Positions 18,320 to 27,132 of a stretch of 64,000 nt of DNA are shown piece by piece. The translations under genes and the position numbers were made by a program. Location of the stretch: NCBI GenBank assembly GCA_963666515.2, contig OY762897.2, forward strand, positions 1,088,001-1,152,000. The letters are read 5' to 3'. How positions within the stretch are numbered: position 1 is the first letter of the stretch; the number at the start of each line of letters is the position of its first letter. Source of the stretch: Candidatus Binatia bacterium (lineage in GTDB: Bacteria > Desulfobacterota > Binatia > UBA9968 > JAJDTQ01). A model generated the notes under the pieces. The model saw nothing but the letters and a program-made list of their open reading frames with translations. It did no database searches and was not told the DNA's origin.

Positions 18320-19201
18320 TCATCCGGGCGCTCCTCCCAAAGTGATGGCCAGGGTCCCGGCCACCACCGCCAGACTGCCGCTCACGGTCCGCACCGTCAC
18401 CATCTCGATGCTGCGGAGAAACACCACGGTGAAGATCAGCACCCACATGGGCTGGGTGGCCACCATGGGCGTCACGATCACCACCGGACCCACGCTGAGG
18501 GCGGTGTTGAACAGGAGGAACCCCAGGTTCTCCAGGACCGCGGCCGCCAGGAACGGTTTCATGGCGCGCCGGTCCCACACGGGGCGGCCGAATCCGCGCG
18601 GCAGCGCCAGGAAGCCGGCGAAGGTCACCAGCGACACCGCCCCGACGACGGCCGCGAACAGGATGGGATAGGCCGCGGACTTGAGCGAGAAACGGGCGAT
18701 GTTGTGGACCACGGCCGCGGTAAAGGCCGCGGAGAGCGAATACGCCCCGTGCCACCAGCGCGCCGTGGAGAGCCGCTGCTCCTCCCGCCAGGAGATCAGC
18801 ACGATGCCCGCCACCACCAGGCCGATTCCGGCCAGCAGGGCCGCGCCGGCGGTCTCGCCCAGGAACGTCAGCGCCAGCAGGGCGCTGAAGAGGGGATGGG
18901 TGGAACGCAGCGCCGTGCCCCGCGCCGCGCCGATCCTCGCGATGCCCGTGTAGGTGAGCCAGCGCAGCACCGGCATCAGCAACCCGACGATCGCCGCCGC
19001 CCACAGGAACCCCGTGCCGACCTCGGGAACGCCGGTGACGGCCCCCACGATGCTCCACAGGATCACCGTCTGGGACATCAGCGACAGCAGGGTGACCGTG
19101 CTGGCGTTGGAGTACTGGAGGCCCCGGCGCGCCGAGATGATGCTGATGCCGTAGGTCCACGCCGTCAGGAGGCCGATGGCCTGTGGCAGCAGTTGCGTCA
19201 T
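18320..19201 (-). CDS. DMT/EamA-family transporter
   Basis: Two 5-TM repeats. PLFSALLALTFLGE motif. Confidence 0.85.
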   Translation of the reverse strand: MTQLLPQAIGLLTAWTYGISIISARRGLQYSNASTVTLLSLMSQTVILWSIVGAVTGVPEVGTGFLWAAAIVGLLMPVLRWLTYTGIARIGAARGTALRSTHPLFSALLALTFLGETAGAALLAGIGLVVAGIVLISWREEQRLSTARWWHGAYSLSAAFTAAVVHNIARFSLKSAAYPILFAAVVGAVSLVTFAGFLALPRGFGRPVWDRRAMKPFLAAAVLENLGFLLFNTALSVGPVVIVTPMVATQPMWVLIFTVVFLRSIEMVTVRTVSGSLAVVAGTLAITLGGAPG

Positions 19202-19216
19202 GGGCGCGGCGTCGCG

Positions 19217-20278
19217 CTAGTTTCGGATGTCCTGCTGGAACCACTCCAGCGGCAGCTCGTGGCCGAGGCCGTTCTCCTTCGCGTAGCGGTAGACCAGGTA
19301 GCCCACCGCGGCGAACTGGATGCCGGCCGAGAAGTTGTGGTGCAGGGTGGTCTGGGCGTCGTCCTCCCGGCCAGCGGCCTCGCCAGTCAGCACCTCGGAC
19401 AGGGTGGTGTGGTTCCGGTTGGTGTAGCGCCGCATGTAGTTGTCGTCGATGGGGCGCCGGTCGCGTTCCTCCTGCGTCCCCAGGGCATAGTTGAGCACGG
19501 CCTGGTTCGAGGTGCCGATGACCACGTCGGCCTTCTCGTAGGTGTCGGCTTCCAGCTCCTCGGGGCGCACGTCCACCACGTGCATGCCGCTCTGGAGCCA
19601 GTCGCCCTGGAACAGCGGGACGCGCGAGTCCGTGCAGGTGGCGCCGATGTCGACGCCGCTCATGGCTTCGCGGCCGGAGTTGACCGCGGTGACCTTGATT
19701 CCCAGCGTTTCCGCCATCTTCTCCGCGTATTTCTCCCGGTTGGCCTGGGTGGGGCTGAAGATCTTGATGTGCTCGATGGGCCGGACCGCGCACGTGGCCA
19801 TGGCGTAGGTGCGGGCCATGGCGCCGGAGCCCAGGACTCCCATCACCTTGGAATCGGCGCGGGAGAGGTGCTTGACGCCGACGCCCGCGGTGGCGCCCAC
19901 GCGGTAGCTCTGGAGGTAGCCGTCGTTCATGATGCACAGCAGCTCGCCGGTGCGCGTGTCCACCAGCAGGATGATGCCGCAGTACTTGCCGGGCTCGACG
20001 TTGAACCAGTGTTCGGTGACCGCGCCGTTGTATTCCTGCCAAGTCATGATGTCGAGCTTGAAGCGGAACGCCAGCACCGGCGGGTCCTTGATGGCGCCCA
20101 GCAGCGAGCCCCAGCGGAAATAGTCGCCGACGGTGGCGGTGGGAGACCACAGGTCGGTCCGGGGCTGGTAGACGGCGTCGCCCTCGGCGAGCTGCCGGAG
20201 CGCGCTCTCCATGGCGCCGATGGCGTCCTCCATGTTGAGCGCCTGCTTGGCGATTTTGTTGTCGATCATCAGCGGCAT
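19217..20278 (-). CDS. Ornithine cyclodeaminase/mu-crystallin family protein
   Basis: LLVDTRTGELLCIM, YRVGATAGVGVKHLSR, GVLGSGAMA, AGIQFAAVG. Confidence 0.88.
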   Translation of the reverse strand: MPLMIDNKIAKQALNMEDAIGAMESALRQLAEGDAVYQPRTDLWSPTATVGDYFRWGSLLGAIKDPPVLAFRFKLDIMTWQEYNGAVTEHWFNVEPGKYCGIILLVDTRTGELLCIMNDGYLQSYRVGATAGVGVKHLSRADSKVMGVLGSGAMARTYAMATCAVRPIEHIKIFSPTQANREKYAEKMAETLGIKVTAVNSGREAMSGVDIGATCTDSRVPLFQGDWLQSGMHVVDVRPEELEADTYEKADVVIGTSNQAVLNYALGTQEERDRRPIDDNYMRRYTNRNHTTLSEVLTGEAAGREDDAQTTLHHNFSAGIQFAAVGYLVYRYAKENGLGHELPLEWFQQDIRN

Positions 20279-20563
20279 GTGGGTTCTCCGATGGCTTGAA
20301 AGGGTTGGTGGAACTTTGTGCTAGCAGCTTTTCGTTGCGAGTGTCCACCCTGGACCCCTGGTTCCTGCAGCCTGTCCCTGACGGCAACGGTTGTGAAACG
20401 GTTGCTGACCGCCATGGCACAACTTATACTAATGTTTTTGCCGTGTTTGATGACCCTGGGCCTTTCTGGAGGGGCTGTGGCGATACTCAATCGGCGGCCT
20501 TCCCTGGCCCATCGGACCGATCTAGCGTCCTGACCGGTTCGCTTGGGAAAGCAAGGGTCCTAC

Positions 20564-21922
20564 ATGCTCGGATTCCTCAAGAAGCTGCTCATAGTGGTGC
20601 CCGTCGGTCTCGGCGTGCTGGCGGTGATGTTCGCCATGAAGTCGCGGGAAGAGCCGAAGCGGCTCCCGTCCGAGGAACGGACGGCGCTCGTGCGCGTGGT
20701 GGAGGCGAAGTCGCTGGCGGTGGTGCCCCGGGCGGTGGGCTACGGCAGCGTGAAGCCGGGGAAGGTGTGGGAGGCCGTCGGGGAGGTGAGCGGCACGGTG
20801 GTTTTCCGGCACCCCGAGCTGCAGCGCGGCGCCATCCTACAGGCCGGCACCGTGCTGTTGCGCATCGATCCCGCGGACTACCGCCTGGCGGCGGCCGAGA
20901 TCGAAGCCAACATCCGCGCGGTGGACGCCCAGATCGCCTTGCTCGACGTGCGCGCCCGCAATACGAAACGCTCCCTGGCCATCGAGGAACGAAGCCTGGC
21001 GCTCGGCCGCAAACAGCTAGAGCGGACGCGGGAGCTGCTGCGCCGCGGCGCCGTTTCCCAGTCCAACGCGGATCGCGAAGAGCGCTCGGTGCTGGCCGGT
21101 GAGCAGGCGGTGCAGAACCTCCGTAACGCCGTGAGGCTTTTCCCCGCGGAGCGCTCGGTGCAGCAGGCTCAGCGAGACCGTCTCAAGCACCAGTTGGAGA
21201 CCGCCCGGCGGAACCTGAGCCGCACCACTATCGTGGCGCCGTTCACCTGCCGCATCGCCGCGGTGAACGTCGAGATGGCGCAGTACGCCGTCAAGGGTCA
21301 GGTGCTGGTGCAGGCCGACAGCCTCGACGTGGCCGAGGTCGTCGCCGAGGTGCCCATCGGCAGGGCGCTGGCCCTGTTGCCTCCGGGCGTGGAGCATCTG
21401 CGCCGCGTGGACGCCGTCATGTCGCAGTTGAGGGAGGAGATCCGGGCGGTGGTGCGCCTGCGTTCCGGTGACGTGGATATCGAGTGGCCGGCGCGGTTCG
21501 CACGGGTGAGTGACAGGATGGATCCGCGCACCCGTACGGTGGGCGTCATCGTCGCGGTGGACAAACCCTACCGGCAGGCACCGGCGGCCCGCAGGCCGCC
21601 GCTGGTCAAGGACATGTACGTCGAGGTCGAGCTCCGGGGGCCGCCGCGGCCCGAGGCGGTGGTGATTCCCCGGGCGGCGTTGCTGAACGGCAGCCGGGTT
21701 CATGTGGTGGACGCCGGCGAGCGGCTGGAGTTCCGCGACGTGGAGGTGAACTTCTCCCAGGCCGACTTCGTGGTGCTGCGCTCGGGGCTTGAAGCGGGCG
21801 AGCGCGTGGTGATTTCCGACCTGCCGTTCGCGGTCGAAGGCATGCGACTGGGCGCGGAAACCGACCAGGCGGCGTCGGCGAACCTCGTGGCCCAGGCCGG
21901 CGGCGCGGCGCCGGTTCAGTGA
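20564..21922 (+). CDS. RND-type efflux periplasmic adaptor (membrane fusion protein)
   Basis: N-terminal TM, GEVSGTV, LLRIDPADY, coiled coil, TTIVAPFTCRI, DPRTRT, GLEAGERVV. Confidence 0.88.
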   Translation: MLGFLKKLLIVVPVGLGVLAVMFAMKSREEPKRLPSEERTALVRVVEAKSLAVVPRAVGYGSVKPGKVWEAVGEVSGTVVFRHPELQRGAILQAGTVLLRIDPADYRLAAAEIEANIRAVDAQIALLDVRARNTKRSLAIEERSLALGRKQLERTRELLRRGAVSQSNADREERSVLAGEQAVQNLRNAVRLFPAERSVQQAQRDRLKHQLETARRNLSRTTIVAPFTCRIAAVNVEMAQYAVKGQVLVQADSLDVAEVVAEVPIGRALALLPPGVEHLRRVDAVMSQLREEIRAVVRLRSGDVDIEWPARFARVSDRMDPRTRTVGVIVAVDKPYRQAPAARRPPLVKDMYVEVELRGPPRPEAVVIPRAALLNGSRVHVVDAGERLEFRDVEVNFSQADFVVLRSGLEAGERVVISDLPFAVEGMRLGAETDQAASANLVAQAGGAAPVQ

Positions 21923-22320
21923 GGCTGCGCTATCCTGACCATCGTGGGGTGATGATGCACAGAGACCGTATGATCGGAACGTGGCGCCTGCGCGAGTTTC
22001 GCTTCACCGACGCCGAAGGCAACGCCGGATCGGGCGAAGACGCTCCCGTGGTGGGCCGGATGGAATACACTGCGGACGGCCACATGGCCACCGCCACCCG
22101 ACGGCCCGACGGTTCCTATTTCAGCTACTTCGGGGAGTTCGAGCTCCAGGGCGATGTGGTGCTGCATCACATCGAGTTCGCGGCCGACCCCCGCCTGGAC
22201 GGCACCACCACGCGGCGGGAAGTCTCCTTCGAGGGGGACTGGCTGGTGTTGACCGCGGCGCCCCCGGTCATGGGCGGACCGGGCAGCCGGGCGTCGCTCA
22301 TCTGGGAAAGGGTATCCTGA
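21919..22320 (+). CDS. Lipocalin-like domain protein
   Basis: IGTWRL, YTADGHM, FSYFGEF, LIWER. The true start may be ATG near 21952. Confidence 0.75.
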   Translation: MRLRYPDHRGVMMHRDRMIGTWRLREFRFTDAEGNAGSGEDAPVVGRMEYTADGHMATATRRPDGSYFSYFGEFELQGDVVLHHIEFAADPRLDGTTTRREVSFEGDWLVLTAAPPVMGGPGSRASLIWERVS

Positions 22321-22322
22321 CC

Positions 22323-23420
22323 ATGGCAAGACAGACCGCGATTCCCTGTACGATGATGCGCGGCGGCACCTCGCGCGGCCCGTATTTCCTGGCCGGCGAC
22401 CTGCCGGAGGACGCCGCGACGCGCGACCAAGTGCTGCTGGCGGCCATGGGGTCCCCGGACCACCGGCAGATCGACGGCGTGGGCGGCGCCACCACCCTCA
22501 CCAGCAAGGTCGCCATCGTTTCGCCGTCGGACCACGCCTGGGCGGACGTCGACTACCTCTTCGCCCAGGTGTCGGTGGACCAGGCCTTCGTGGACTACAG
22601 CCCCACCTGCGGCAACATGCTGGCGGGCATCGGCCCCTTCGCCATCGAGCACGGGCTCGTGCCGTCGGACGATCCCCGGACCGTAGTGAACATCCGCAAC
22701 GTGAACACCGACTCGCTCATCGAGGCGCTGGTGCAAACCCCGGGCGGCGACGTCGAGTACGATGGCGATACCGCCATCGACGGGGTCCCCGGCACCGCGG
22801 CGCCGATCCTGCTCAACTTCATGGACGTCATCGGCTCCAAGACCGGCGCGTTGTTCCCCACGGGGCAGCGCAAGGAGATCATCGAGGGCGTGGAGGTGAG
22901 TTGCGTGGACGTGGCCATGCCCATGGTGCTGACGACCGCGGAGAGCATGGGCGTCCGGGGCGACGAGAGCAAGGCCGAGCTGGACGCCAACCGGGAGTTG
23001 CTGGAGCGGCTGGAAGCGGTCCGGGTCGTCGCCGGCGAGAAGATGGGCCTCGGTGACGTGCGCGGCAAGGTCATTCCCAAGTTCGGCATCCTCTCCCGGC
23101 CGCGCCGCGGCGGCGCGCTCACCTCGCGCTACTTCGTGCCCACGGACTGCCATGCCGCCCACGCGGTGTCCGGCGCCATCTGCGTCGGAAGTTGCGCCTT
23201 GGTGCCTGGGACCGTCGCCGAAGGCATTGCCGAGACCGGGAGCGGCTTCTCCGAGCTGGTGGAGATCGAGCATCCCAGCGGCTCCATCACCGTGGCCTTC
23301 GAGTTGAGCGGGGTGGGAGATGATTTCGCGCTGGAGAAGGCGGGGGTGGTCCGCACCACCCGCAAGCTTTTCCAGGGACAGATCTACGTGCCGGGGCGGG
23401 TGTGGAGCCCGCGGATGTGA
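22323..23420 (+). CDS. PrpF/FldA-family isomerase (4-oxalomesaconate tautomerase-like)
   Basis: MRGGTSRG, QIDGVGG, TSKVAIV, CGNM, CHAAHAVSG, IEHPSG. Confidence 0.9.
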   Translation: MARQTAIPCTMMRGGTSRGPYFLAGDLPEDAATRDQVLLAAMGSPDHRQIDGVGGATTLTSKVAIVSPSDHAWADVDYLFAQVSVDQAFVDYSPTCGNMLAGIGPFAIEHGLVPSDDPRTVVNIRNVNTDSLIEALVQTPGGDVEYDGDTAIDGVPGTAAPILLNFMDVIGSKTGALFPTGQRKEIIEGVEVSCVDVAMPMVLTTAESMGVRGDESKAELDANRELLERLEAVRVVAGEKMGLGDVRGKVIPKFGILSRPRRGGALTSRYFVPTDCHAAHAVSGAICVGSCALVPGTVAEGIAETGSGFSELVEIEHPSGSITVAFELSGVGDDFALEKAGVVRTTRKLFQGQIYVPGRVWSPRM

Positions 23421-23436
23421 GCCGGCGGAATGGCGT

Positions 23437-23529
23437 CCTTCGACTTCGCTTCGCTACGCTCAGGGCGAACGGTTGATGGGGCCGAACCAAACCCCGTTCG
23501 CCCTGAGCGTAGCGAAGCGAAGTCGAAGG
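23437..23529. repeat. Perfect 36-bp inverted repeat (REP-like doublet)
   Basis: CCTTCGACTTCGCTTCGCTACGCTCAGGGCGAACGG (23437-23472) and its reverse complement (23494-23529), 21-bp spacer. Confidence 0.9.
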
Positions 23530-23574
23530 GCGCATCATCATGCAAATTCGTGGGCAAGACGCTTGCGGTGACAC

Positions 23575-24747
23575 ATGTACGTGACGTTTCTGGAATGTTC
23601 GAGGTGCGGAATACGGCATGAACGCGGGAAGCTTCACAACCTCTGCCGGGAGTGCGCCAGTCCGCTTCTGGTGCGCTACGACCTGGCGCGGGCCGGGAAG
23701 ACCCTGACGCGCGACAGCCTGCGGGAACGGGTAGCGAGCCTGTGGCGCTACCGTGAGGTGCTTCCGGTGGCCGACGACGCGGCGATCACGACCCTGGGGG
23801 AGGGGTGGACGCCGCTGGCCCATGCGCGCCGGCTGGGCCAACGGCTCGGCATGCCGAGCCTCCTCGTCAAGGACGAGGGCCTCAATCCCACCGGCTCGTT
23901 CAAGGCCCGCGGCATGACCGTCGCCGTATCCATGGCGCGGGAGCTGGGGGTGGAACGTCTGGCGGTGCCCTCCGCCGGGAATGCGGCCGGAGCGCTGGCC
24001 GCCTACGCCGCCAGGGCGGGTCTGGAGGCCCACATCTACATGCCCCGCGACGCACCCCGCGCAAATTTTATTGAATGCATTCAATATGGCGCAGAAGTAA
24101 TTGAGATTGATGGATTTATCAGCGATTGCGGCCGTATCATTGGGGAGAGAAAGGAACGCGAGGGGTGGTTCGATGTGTCGACGCTGAAGGAGCCCTACCG
24201 GGTCGAGGGCAAGAAGACCATGGGCTACGAGTTGGCGGAGCAGATGAACTGGACGCTGCCGGACGTGCTGGTATACCCCACCGGCGGCGGGACGGGTTTG
24301 ATCGGCATGTGGAAGGCCTTCGATGAGATGGAAGAGCTGGGCTGGATCGATTCGCGGCGGCCGCGCATGGTCTCGGTCCAGGCCGAAGGCTGCGCCCCCA
24401 TCGTCCACGCGTTCGAGGCCGGGGCCGACACCGCACAGGAGGTCGCCGAGCCGGCCACCGTGGCCGCAGGTCTGCGGGTGCCGGGTGCCATCGGCGACTT
24501 CATGATTCTGCGCGTCCTGCGGCGGAGCGGCGGCTGTGCCGTCGCCGTGTCGGATGCGGAGATCCTCGACGGCGTCCGGGAGATGGGGAGCGCGGAGGGG
24601 ATCTTCGCCTGCCCGGAAGGCGCCGCCTGCGTGGCCGGGCTGCGCCGGCTCCTGGACGACGGTGTGGTGGGCCGGGACGAGCGGGTGGTGCTGTTCAATA
24701 CGGGGACCGGTCTCAAGTACCTGCACCTCTGGAGCGATCTTCCTTGA
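23575..24747 (+). CDS. thrC: Threonine synthase-like PLP enzyme
   Basis: TLGEGWTPL, KDEGLNPTGSFKARG (PLP lysine), PSAGNA, PTGGGTG, NTGTGLKY. Confidence 0.85.
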   Translation: MYVTFLECSRCGIRHERGKLHNLCRECASPLLVRYDLARAGKTLTRDSLRERVASLWRYREVLPVADDAAITTLGEGWTPLAHARRLGQRLGMPSLLVKDEGLNPTGSFKARGMTVAVSMARELGVERLAVPSAGNAAGALAAYAARAGLEAHIYMPRDAPRANFIECIQYGAEVIEIDGFISDCGRIIGERKEREGWFDVSTLKEPYRVEGKKTMGYELAEQMNWTLPDVLVYPTGGGTGLIGMWKAFDEMEELGWIDSRRPRMVSVQAEGCAPIVHAFEAGADTAQEVAEPATVAAGLRVPGAIGDFMILRVLRRSGGCAVAVSDAEILDGVREMGSAEGIFACPEGAACVAGLRRLLDDGVVGRDERVVLFNTGTGLKYLHLWSDLP

Positions 24748-25496
24748 AGACCTTCGTCGGCACCAGCGGGTTCGCCTACAAGCCCTGGAAGGGGAAGTTC
24801 TATCCCGCCGCACTGCCGGACAAGGAGATGCTGCCGTTCTATGCCGCGCGCTTCGACACGGTGGAGATCAACAACACCTTCTACCGAATGCCGGCGGACC
24901 CGGTGCTGGCGCGCTGGCGCGAGCAGGTGCCGGAGGGCTTCTCCTTCTCCATCAAGGCGTCCCGCGCCATCACCCATTTCAGCCGGTTGAAGGAGGCCGG
25001 CGACGCCGTCCGTTTCTTGTTCCAGCGGCTGGAATCGCTGGGAGACACCCTCGGCCCGGTGCTGTTCCAGTTGCCGCCCAACCTGAAGCTGGACCTGCCG
25101 CGGCTGCGGGACTTCCTCGCCACGCTTCCCGCTGGGCGCCGTGTCGCCGTGGAGTTCCGCCACCTTTCCTGGTTCGACGACACGGTGTTCGACATGTTGC
25201 GCGAGCACGACGCGGCGCTGTGCGTGGCCGACGGTGAGCTGGAAGGCGAGGCGCCCTTCGTGTCCACGGCCGGTTGGGGCTATCTTCGCCTGCGCGCGGT
25301 GGACTATACTGACGAGGCCATCGGCGCTTGGGCGGACCGGGTGCGCGAACAGCGGTGGGAGCGCGGCTATGTCTTCTTCAAGCACGAGGACGAGGCCACC
25401 GGCCCGAAGCTCGCGGCCCGCTTCATCGAGCTTCTGAACGAACCCGGGGCCGGCGGCTCGGAGCATGGACCTGGGAGCGGGTCCGAGCGAGGGTAG
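24744..25496 (+). CDS. DUF72 domain protein
   Basis: VGTSGF, TVEINNTFY, LFQLPP, AVEFRH, YLRLR. Confidence 0.9.
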   Translation: MKTFVGTSGFAYKPWKGKFYPAALPDKEMLPFYAARFDTVEINNTFYRMPADPVLARWREQVPEGFSFSIKASRAITHFSRLKEAGDAVRFLFQRLESLGDTLGPVLFQLPPNLKLDLPRLRDFLATLPAGRRVAVEFRHLSWFDDTVFDMLREHDAALCVADGELEGEAPFVSTAGWGYLRLRAVDYTDEAIGAWADRVREQRWERGYVFFKHEDEATGPKLAARFIELLNEPGAGGSEHGPGSGSERG

Positions 25497-25520
25497 GGGC
25501 GACCGGCCGGTCACCCCTAC
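25493..25520. repeat. GTAG-type REP-like palindrome
   Basis: GTAGGGGCGACCGGCCGGTCACCCCTAC, near-perfect palindrome. Related copies at 37635-37708. Confidence 0.75.
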
Positions 25521-25560
25521 GGAGATCCATCACAATACAGGGCCGAGGGGAGGGGAGAGA

Positions 25561-26376
25561 GTGTCAAACATCGAGAAATGGCCCGACGGCGCCAAGGTGG
25601 CGGTGCTGGTGACGCCCATGTTCGAGACCTGGTCAGTGGGCAAGGCGCCGTCGTACTCGCCCATGTCGTCGCCGCTCAAGCCGGGGGTGGTGGACCGCCT
25701 AGGGGTCTCGTGGTCGGAATACGGCGGGCGCACCGGGGTCTGGCGCTTCATGAAGATCTTCCGGGAGTTCGAGGTCCCGGCCACCGTATGTGTCAGCGGC
25801 CGCTCGGCGGAGCTTTTTCCCGACGCGGTGAAGGCCCTGCACGAGAACGGCCACGAACTGGCCGGCCACTCGTACACGCAGGATACGTTCCTCACCGATC
25901 TCTCCGCGGACGAAGAGAAGGAGGTCATCGGCCGCTGCTTCGATCTCATCGAGGGCGTGGCCGGAGTGCGGCCGGTGGGCTGGCTGAGCCCCAGGGCCAC
26001 CCCCACCGAGCACACGGCCGGTTTCCTGGCGGAAGCCGGCTGCGTCTGGCACGGGGACTACAACGACACCGACGTCCCGTACACGATCCCCACCGGGTCC
26101 GGGAGCATCGTCGCCATCCCCCACAGCGACTTCGCCGACAACCGGGTGCTGCGGGGCAGCCCCCGCGACTTCCTGAACGTCTACAAGGACACCTTCGACT
26201 TCCTGTACCGGTCCGAAGTCCCGGAAATGATCAATCTCACCGTGCACGCCCACTTCGGCGGTCGCCCCATGATGGCCGCGGTGCTGACGGAGATCCTCCG
26301 CTACATGAAGGGCTTCTCCAGGGTGTGGTTCGCGCGCCACGACGAGGTGGCGCGCTGGGTGCTGGAGCAGGGGTAG
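25561..26376 (+). CDS. Polysaccharide deacetylase / PuuE-like hydrolase
   Basis: WPDGAKVAV, EYGGRTGVWR, GHELAGHSY, RPVGWLSP, HAHFGGRP, VWFA. Confidence 0.85.
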   Translation: MSNIEKWPDGAKVAVLVTPMFETWSVGKAPSYSPMSSPLKPGVVDRLGVSWSEYGGRTGVWRFMKIFREFEVPATVCVSGRSAELFPDAVKALHENGHELAGHSYTQDTFLTDLSADEEKEVIGRCFDLIEGVAGVRPVGWLSPRATPTEHTAGFLAEAGCVWHGDYNDTDVPYTIPTGSGSIVAIPHSDFADNRVLRGSPRDFLNVYKDTFDFLYRSEVPEMINLTVHAHFGGRPMMAAVLTEILRYMKGFSRVWFARHDEVARWVLEQG

Positions 26377-26399
26377 GCTGGGCAGCGACGCCCCGAATT

Positions 26400-26428
26400 C
26401 GTCATTCCGGGCTTGACCCGGAATCCAG
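26400..26428. repeat. GTCATTCC-type REP-like palindrome
   Basis: CGTCATTCCGGGCTTGACCCGGAATCCAG. Related copies at 38596-38624 (reverse) and 54593-54620. Confidence 0.8.
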
Positions 26429-27016
26429 GCGGGGAGGGGTGGTCGCCAAGGGCACGGCCGCGCCGTTGAGGGTAAGCTCCGGCACCACCTCCACCGGGCG
26501 CCGCAGGGTGTTGGTGGTGTAGCACGACCGTTCCAGCGCCTCGGCGAACTCGACGATGCGGTCGCGGTTGTCGGGGCTTTGCAGGTCGAGCCGGTAGACC
26601 AGACGGGTGCACGCCGACGGCACGTCCGACAGCCCGAACTTGCCCTTCTGGTCGAACTCGCCCCGTACCGACATCTCCGCGCGCTCGATACGGATGTCCA
26701 TGAATGACGCCAACTGCGTCACTTGGCTGAGCATTCAGAAGCCGATGGAGGCGACGAAATACTGGAGCGGGGCCGCGCCCTTGCCGGTGCCGCCGCGCGA
26801 CTCCGGCTCGTCGCACAGGATGGTGTAGCCTTCCGAGGTCTTGGCCTCTTTCAGGTGGTCGTTGACCAGACGGATGCACGCCTCGTGCACCGTGACCGCC
26901 TTGGACGGATCTTCCCGGTAGACTTCCCGGCGGCGCTCGAACACCGCCTTGTGGTGGCTGTAGTCGATAGAGCAGCAGCCGGGATCGTCGAGTTCCCGTT
27001 CTTCGTCAATGGCCAT
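26402..27016 (-). CDS. OsmC-like selenoprotein (in-frame UGA = Sec at 26735-26737)
   Basis: Two track ORFs are in the same frame separated by one TGA. DEPESRGGTGKGAAPLQYFVASIGF-U-MLSQ places U at the OsmC catalytic Cys position. Second Cys in ERSCYTTNTL. Hairpin follows the UGA. Confidence 0.85.
26704..26722 (-). promoter_or_regulatory. Bacterial SECIS-like hairpin
   Basis: GUGACGC-AGUUG-GCGUCAU begins 12 nt after the UGA. G then U early in the apical loop. Confidence 0.75.
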
Positions 27017-27132
27017 GTTTCCTCCGTTTCCGTTGCGTCCGTCCCTGATTCTTCGCCGGAAACCCCGCCGTGTGTCAAACCGGCGGCAACGATCCCTTGC
27101 CTGTCGCGGAATTCCCGAGTAACAGGTGACCC

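Noticed and set aside
21981-22322. Long N-terminal extensions in the ORF track (also at 49322, 52719, 36340, 35097, 58784, 61839)
   Set aside because: These extensions overlap upstream genes in another frame. Starts were reassigned to where family motifs begin.
26735-26737. Nonsense mutation making the OsmC-like gene a pseudogene
   Set aside because: The stop is UGA at the catalytic Cys position with a SECIS-like hairpin, and a second independent case occurs at 31957.
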